Source of the DNA: Candidatus Omnitrophota bacterium
GTDB lineage: Bacteria > Omnitrophota > Gorgyraeia > Velamenicoccales > JABMQK01
Direction of reading: 5' to 3'
Assembly: GCA_028711115.1 (NCBI GenBank)
Contig: JAQTSV010000001.1
Location: forward strand, 646,032 to 710,031
Length of the DNA stretch: 64,000 nucleotides
A model generated the notes under the pieces. The model did not search any database, had not been told where the DNA came from, and saw nothing but the letters and a program-made list of their open reading frames with translations. Shown here piece by piece: positions 59,200-64,000 of the stretch (positions within the stretch are counted from its first letter, which is position 1; the number at the start of each line of letters is the position of its first letter). The translations under genes were made by a program, and so were the position numbers.

Positions 59200-59895
59200 G
59201 TGGGACAAAAAGTCAGTCCTTTAGCTCTGAGGTTGGGTTTCATAAAAAACTGGAATTCTCTTTGGTTTGCCAAACCGCATGATTATGCCAATTTCTTGGA
59301 AGAAGACTATAAAATCCGCCGTTATATCAAAGAGAAGTTCAAGCAGGCGGCAGTTTCTAAGATTGTCATTGAACGTCTGGCGGAAAAAGTGAAGGTAAAG
59401 ATTTATACTGCTCGCCCGGGCGTCATTATCGGCCGCCACAGAGCTGATGTCGAGAAACTCAGCGATAAAATAAAAGACATTACCAAAAATAAGGAAGTTT
59501 CTATTGATATAAAAGAAATAAAAGACCCGTTTGCCGATGCGCAATTAATTGCAGAAAATATAGCCTTTCAGCTGGAGAAACGAGTTGCTTTTAAGCGCGC
59601 CATAAAAAGGGCCATCGAACAATCAAAGGCCGTAGGTGTTAAAGGAATTAAGATTAGCTGTTCCGGAAGACTGGGCGGGGCTGAAATCGCCCGGAGAGAA
59701 ACTTATAAATTCGGCAAGCTGCCTCTTCAGACTTTTCGCGCAGATATTGATTATGGTTTTGCCGAGGCACTTACTACATACGGGCTTATCGGAGTAAAGG
59801 CGTGGCTATATAAAGGAGATGCCTTGTTAGAAAAACCTCAGCCCAGCGAGGCTGAAGAGCAATCAAGGGAGATAAGAAATGCCGTTAATGCCTAA
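59200..59895 (+). CDS. rpsC: 30S ribosomal protein S3
   Basis: 231 aa with GTG start. [12 protein letters not shown] and the KH domain. Confidence 0.97.
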   Translation: MGQKVSPLALRLGFIKNWNSLWFAKPHDYANFLEEDYKIRRYIKEKFKQAAVSKIVIERLAEKVKVKIYTARPGVIIGRHRADVEKLSDKIKDITKNKEVSIDIKEIKDPFADAQLIAENIAFQLEKRVAFKRAIKRAIEQSKAVGVKGIKISCSGRLGGAEIARRETYKFGKLPLQTFRADIDYGFAEALTTYGLIGVKAWLYKGDALLEKPQPSEAEEQSREIRNAVNA

Positions 59896-60298
59896 AAGAG
59901 TAAAATACCGCAAATTCCAGAGAGGCAACAGATGCGGCATAGCCGTGCGCGGCTCGGATTTAAATTTTGGGGAATTCGGCCTGAAGTCATTAGAAAACGG
60001 CTGGATAAAGAATACCCAGATTGAAGCCGTACGCGTTATTGTTGCACGCAAATTACAAGGCGGAGGAAAACTTTGGATTAGAATTTTTCCTCATAAATCA
60101 GTAACAAAAAAACCTGCCGAAACCAGACAAGGAAAAGGCAAGGGCGAATTGAGCCACTGGGTGGCCGTGGTAAGGAGAGGGGCAATATTATTTGAATTAG
60201 GAGGCGTCCCCGAGGAAATGGCCAAAATATGTTTAAGGTTAGCGGCCTTTAAATTGCCGTTAAGGACAAAATTCGTAAGCCGGACCCACACTATTTAA
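59879..60298 (+). CDS. rplP: 50S ribosomal protein L16
   Basis: 139 aa with [13 protein letters not shown]; 17-nt overlap with rpsC. Confidence 0.97.
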   Translation: MPLMPKRVKYRKFQRGNRCGIAVRGSDLNFGEFGLKSLENGWIKNTQIEAVRVIVARKLQGGGKLWIRIFPHKSVTKKPAETRQGKGKGELSHWVAVVRRGAILFELGGVPEEMAKICLRLAAFKLPLRTKFVSRTHTI

Positions 60299-60299
60299 T

Positions 60300-60500
60300 A
60301 TGAAGATAGATGAATTGAGAAACTTGAATAAGGAAGATTTGGCACAGAAGCTGGATGCTCTGCATTCGGAACTGCTGGGTTTGAATTATCAAAAGCGCGT
60401 GGGGGCATTAAATAAGTCGCATAGATTTACGGATATCCGCAAAGACATAGCAAGGATTAAGACGGTTTTGAAAGAACAAGAACTTAAACAGAAAGCATAA
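60300..60500 (+). CDS. rpmC: 50S ribosomal protein L29
   Basis: 66 aa; position and an L29-like helical pattern. Confidence 0.93.
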   Translation: MKIDELRNLNKEDLAQKLDALHSELLGLNYQKRVGALNKSHRFTDIRKDIARIKTVLKEQELKQKA

Positions 60501-60510
60501 AGAGCCGAAT

Positions 60511-60762
60511 ATGACTGATTCCAGAGGAAAAAGAAAAGAACGCACAGGTATTGTGATAAGCGACAAGATGCAAAAGACCATCATCGTCAGAGTGGAAAGG
60601 TCAGCAATACATCCTAAGTATACGAAGATTCTCAAGAAATTTAATAAATTTAAAGTCCACGACGAGAAAAAAGAAGCCAAGATTGGCGACAGGGTCCTGA
60701 TTATAGAGACAAGGCCGGTTTCCAAAGATAAGCGCTGGAGACTGATAAAGGTTCTCAAATAA
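60511..60762 (+). CDS. rpsQ: 30S ribosomal protein S17
   Basis: 83 aa with GIVISDKMQKTIIVRVER...HDEKKEAKIGDRV. Confidence 0.96.
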   Translation: MTDSRGKRKERTGIVISDKMQKTIIVRVERSAIHPKYTKILKKFNKFKVHDEKKEAKIGDRVLIIETRPVSKDKRWRLIKVLK

Positions 60763-60787
60763 TAACCTTAAGCACAATTAAAAAGAT

Positions 60788-61156
60788 ATGATTTACTTAC
60801 GTACATTATTAGATGTTGCAGATAATACAGGAGCCAAGAAAGCCAGTTGTATCGGAGTTATCGGCTGTAAAGGCAAATTATGCGCTACCATCGGCGATAT
60901 TATCACCGTTAATATTAAAGATTCCAATCCCGATGCGATTGTTAAAAAAGGCGAGGTAGCCAAGGCAGTAATCGTACGCATGAGGAATCCTTTGAAAAGG
61001 CCCAATGGTTCTTATGTAAAATTTGAATCTAACGCCATAGTTTTTATTGATGCCCAGCTTAATCCCAGAGGCACAAGAGTATTTGGTCCGGTGGCAAGGG
61101 AATTAAGAGATAAGAATTTTATGAAGATAATTTCCCTGGCTCCGGAGGTAGTTTAA
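60788..61156 (+). CDS. rplN: 50S ribosomal protein L14
   Basis: 122 aa with LDVADNTGAKK. Confidence 0.97.
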   Translation: MIYLRTLLDVADNTGAKKASCIGVIGCKGKLCATIGDIITVNIKDSNPDAIVKKGEVAKAVIVRMRNPLKRPNGSYVKFESNAIVFIDAQLNPRGTRVFGPVARELRDKNFMKIISLAPEVV

Positions 61157-61176
61157 TTTCATTAAAAGGTTAAATT

Positions 61177-61488
61177 ATGTTTAAGATAAAGAAGAACGAT
61201 ACAGTAGCGGTAATCACAGGCAAAGATAGAGGAAAAAAAGGCAGAGTCATAGCCGTATTTACCGACGCCAACAGGGCATTGGTGGAAGGCGTTAATTTTG
61301 CAAAGAAACATATGCGTAAGACCCAGCAGAACCAGCAGGGCGGCATTGCGCAGAAAGAGATGCCCATACATCTGTCAAACTTAATGCTGGTCTGTAAACG
61401 CTGCAATAAGCCCGTGCGTGTTGGTTTTTCTGTTTTAAAAGACGGTTCAAAAACAAGGGCATGTAAATCTTGCGGGGAGTTAATATAA
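61177..61488 (+). CDS. rplX: 50S ribosomal protein L24
   Basis: 103 aa with KOW motif KKNDTVAVITGKDRGKKG. Confidence 0.96.
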   Translation: MFKIKKNDTVAVITGKDRGKKGRVIAVFTDANRALVEGVNFAKKHMRKTQQNQQGGIAQKEMPIHLSNLMLVCKRCNKPVRVGFSVLKDGSKTRACKSCGELI

Positions 61489-61492
61489 TAAA

Positions 61493-62035
61493 ATGGTACC
61501 TCGTTTATTGGAAAGATACAGAAAACAGATAATTCCGGAGATGAAGCAGATTATGGGGTATAAATCTCCGATGCAGGTGCCCCGCCTGGAAAAAATAGTA
61601 GTCAGTATGGGCATAGGCTCAGCAGTGACGGATATAAAGGTTGTGGAGAAGAGCGTCGACGAGCTGGCTCTGATTACAGGCCAAAGGCCTGTTCTGTGCA
61701 GGGCAAAAAAAGCCATATCCAATTTCAAAATCAAAAAAGGCCAGGTGGTAGGCTGCAAAGTGACTTTAAGACGTGCGCATATGTATGAATTTTTCGATAG
61801 ATTGATAAGCGTAGCGCTGCCCAGAATCAGAGACTTCAGGGGATTCCCTGATACTTCTTTTGATGGCGAGGGCGGTTATTCTTTAGGCGTTACGGAACAG
61901 ACAATATTTCCTGAAATAGAGATGGATAAAGTGACGCGAGTCCAGGGAATGAACATTACCATAGTTACTAATGCCAAAACTAAAAAAGAGGCGCAGGAAT
62001 TATTGAAACTTTTTGGTTTCCCTTTCAAGGGTTAA
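61493..62035 (+). CDS. rplE: 50S ribosomal protein L5
   Basis: 180 aa with [13 protein letters not shown] and LPRIRDFRG. Confidence 0.97.
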   Translation: MVPRLLERYRKQIIPEMKQIMGYKSPMQVPRLEKIVVSMGIGSAVTDIKVVEKSVDELALITGQRPVLCRAKKAISNFKIKKGQVVGCKVTLRRAHMYEFFDRLISVALPRIRDFRGFPDTSFDGEGGYSLGVTEQTIFPEIEMDKVTRVQGMNITIVTNAKTKKEAQELLKLFGFPFKG

Positions 62036-62042
62036 GGAGAAT

Positions 62043-62228
62043 ATGGCAAAGACTTCACAAATAATACGTTGGCAGAGAAAACCTAAATTTTCCACGAGAC
62101 ATCACAATCGCTGCAGACTGTGCGGAAGGTCGAGAGGTTTTTATCGCCGATTTCAATTATGCAGAATTTGTTTTAGAGAACTTGCCTGGAAGGGAGAAAT
62201 TCCCGGAGTGAAAAAGGCAAGCTGGTAA
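62043..62228 (+). CDS. rpsZ: 30S ribosomal protein S14 type Z (zinc-binding)
   Basis: 61 aa from the ATG at 62043 (AAGGAG SD), with CRLCGR...CRIC. The track ORF starts 30 nt earlier inside rplE. Confidence 0.95.
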   Translation: MAKTSQIIRWQRKPKFSTRHHNRCRLCGRSRGFYRRFQLCRICFRELAWKGEIPGVKKASW

Positions 62229-62244
62229 TCATTCGAGGGTCTAT

Positions 62245-62643
62245 ATGAGCTTAACTGATTCTATTTCCAATACGCTTACTTTAATTCGTAATGCATCCAG
62301 GGCGCGGCACGAAAACGTGGATATTCCTTCATCAGGCATAGCCAAAGCCATCCTAGATATTTTAAAGCAAAATGGTTATATCGAGAATTACCGTTTTTCT
62401 GAAGATGGGAAGCAGGGTGTTTTAAGGGTATATTTGAAATATTACAGCAATAAAGAAGCCGCGATTGCTGATTTAAAAATGGTTTCCCGTCCCGGATTAC
62501 GTATATATGCCAAGAAGGAAAAAATTCCCTATGTATTGCGCGGCAGAGGCATAGCCATAATTTCTACTTCCCAGGGCATGGTCACAGATAAACAGGCCAG
62601 GAAGTTAAATATCGGCGGCGAAGTCATCTGTTATGTTTGGTAA
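62245..62643 (+). CDS. rpsH: 30S ribosomal protein S8
   Basis: 132 aa with DSISNTLTLIRNA and STSQGMVTD. Confidence 0.97.
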   Translation: MSLTDSISNTLTLIRNASRARHENVDIPSSGIAKAILDILKQNGYIENYRFSEDGKQGVLRVYLKYYSNKEAAIADLKMVSRPGLRIYAKKEKIPYVLRGRGIAIISTSQGMVTDKQARKLNIGGEVICYVW

Positions 62644-62682
62644 TTAAGGTAAAATTTTAAATTAAATAAGGATTAGATAAAT

Positions 62683-63234
62683 ATGTCTAGAATCGGAAAA
62701 AAACCTATAATCGTACCTGCGCAGGTAAAGATTAACATCTCAGGTAAGAAAGTGCATATAGAAGGTAAGAATGGCAAGTTGGAATATATTCTGCCTGACT
62801 GCGTAAGTGTTGAGTTGAGAGAAAATGCCCTTTCATTTAAAGGTGCATCTGATTCCAAGCAAGATAAGACTCTTTGGGGTACCAGTAGGGCGCTTATTGC
62901 CAATATGATAAAAGGTGTTGACACCGGATATGAGAAACAATTGGAAATAGTGGGAGTAGGATTCCGCGCCCAATCTCAGCAGAATAAATTAGATTTAAAG
63001 TTGGGTTTTACTCATCCGGTGGCTTACGTACCTCCTGAAGGAGTTAAAGTGGAAACCCCCAAGCCCAATCAGATTTTCGTCAAAGGCATCGATAAGATTA
63101 AAGTAGGGCAGGCAGCAGCAGAGATACGTGCCATTATGCCGCCGGAGCCTTATAAAGGCAAAGGCATTCGTTATCTTGGTGAATATGTAAGAAAGAAATC
63201 CGGCAAGGCAGTAACCACAAAACAACAGGCATAA
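62683..63234 (+). CDS. rplF: 50S ribosomal protein L6
   Basis: 183 aa with MSRIGKKPI and EPYKGKGIRY. Confidence 0.97.
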   Translation: MSRIGKKPIIVPAQVKINISGKKVHIEGKNGKLEYILPDCVSVELRENALSFKGASDSKQDKTLWGTSRALIANMIKGVDTGYEKQLEIVGVGFRAQSQQNKLDLKLGFTHPVAYVPPEGVKVETPKPNQIFVKGIDKIKVGQAAAEIRAIMPPEPYKGKGIRYLGEYVRKKSGKAVTTKQQA

Positions 63235-63247
63235 ATTTTAAATATCT

Positions 63248-63610
63248 ATGCATAAAAAAAATATTAAACCCAGAGAAAGAAGGCATACCAGGATTAGGAA
63301 GAAGATATTCGGTACGCAAGATAAGCCGCGCCTGAATGTCTATAAGAGCCTGAAGAACTTATTTGTGCAATTAGTGGATGACGAGAAGAAATCCACTTTA
63401 TTATTCATTTCTACTTTGGATAAGGAGTTTAAAGAAAAAGCAAAATATGGCGGCAATGTCAAGGCGGCAGCGTTACTGGGAGAAATTGTTGCCAGAAAAG
63501 CCAAAGAAAAAAATATCAATAAGGTGGTTTTTGATAGAGGAGGATATCTTTATCACGGCAGAGTAAAGACATTGGCAGAGTCCTTACGAAAGGGGGGGTT
63601 AGAGTTTTAA
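63248..63610 (+). CDS. rplR: 50S ribosomal protein L18
   Basis: 120 aa with RHTRIRKKI and FDRGGYLYHGRVKTLAE. Confidence 0.96.
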   Translation: MHKKNIKPRERRHTRIRKKIFGTQDKPRLNVYKSLKNLFVQLVDDEKKSTLLFISTLDKEFKEKAKYGGNVKAAALLGEIVARKAKEKNINKVVFDRGGYLYHGRVKTLAESLRKGGLEF

Positions 63611-63613
63611 CAT

Positions 63614-64000
63614 ATGAAAGATCCCATTGCTTTAACAGAAAATCAGGAAATAATAGAGAAGATTGTCAATATAAATAGAGTTACAAAAGTTACCAAAGGT
63701 GGTAAGAAAATGTCTTTTTCCGCCTTGGTTGTTGTAGGCGATGGAAAAGGCAATGTAGGAATGGATTTAGGCAAGGCAAATGAAGTTGCCACTGCCATTA
63801 AGAAAGGTATAAACAGGGCGAAGAAAGCAATGATACCTATGGTTCTTTCCGGCAGCACCATTCCTTATGAGGTTATAGGCGAGTATGGTGCAGCAAAGGT
63901 TTTGTTGAAACCGGCAGTCCCGGGAACCGGTATTATTGCAGCCGGACCGGTGCGTGCTGTTTGCGAATGTGTGGGCATAAAAGATATCCTTACCAAGTGC
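63614..64000 (+). CDS. rpsE: 30S ribosomal protein S5 (partial, runs off the window)
   Basis: Open frame from the ATG at 63614 to the window end (129 codons), with [27 protein letters not shown]. Absent from the track because no stop lies in the window. Confidence 0.95.
   Translation, partial: MKDPIALTENQEIIEKIVNINRVTKVTKGGKKMSFSALVVVGDGKGNVGMDLGKANEVATAIKKGINRAKKAMIPMVLSGSTIPYEVIGEYGAAKVLLKPAVPGTGIIAAGPVRAVCECVGIKDILTKC

Overview
The window is a contiguous, almost fully coding bacterial chromosomal fragment. It looks moderately A+T-rich by eye, and lptD plus a beta-barrel OMP suggest a diderm; I cannot assign a phylum from sequence alone. I saw no rRNA, CRISPR array, transposase, integrase or prophage genes. 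The left ~40 kb is mixed housekeeping. It includes nitrogen assimilation (nadE, gdhA, glnA, a GAF-ANTAR regulator), msrB-msrA, a PiT phosphate module, miaA, a two-component pair, hflX, hpf and ispH with a polyprenyl synthase. It also holds a CIRCE-controlled hrcA-grpE-dnaK-dnaJ operon, accD, an orphan MalK-type ATPase with two GGDEF cyclases, ROK kinase-lptD and a UDP-GlcA/UDP-Xyl block. The right ~24 kb is one same-strand array: tRNA-Thr, rpmG, tRNA-Trp, secE, nusG, rplKAJL, rpoBC, rpsLG, fusA, tuf, then the S10 and spc genes to a partial rpsE. rpmG, both tRNAs and rpsE are missing from the supplied ORF track and were read directly from the DNA. The most unusual items are these. (1) A glutamine synthetase carries an N-terminal HTH domain, and its own promoter is covered by two copies of a 16-bp palindrome, next to a divergent GAF-ANTAR gene. 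(2) A UPF0371/DUF1846 gene is paired with a PurF-like protein whose N-terminal nucleophile Cys is Ser while its PRPP and Fe-S motifs are kept. (3) A terminator-containing repeat brackets an A+T-rich membrane-protein gene. All function calls rest on motifs read by eye in the translations; no database search was run.
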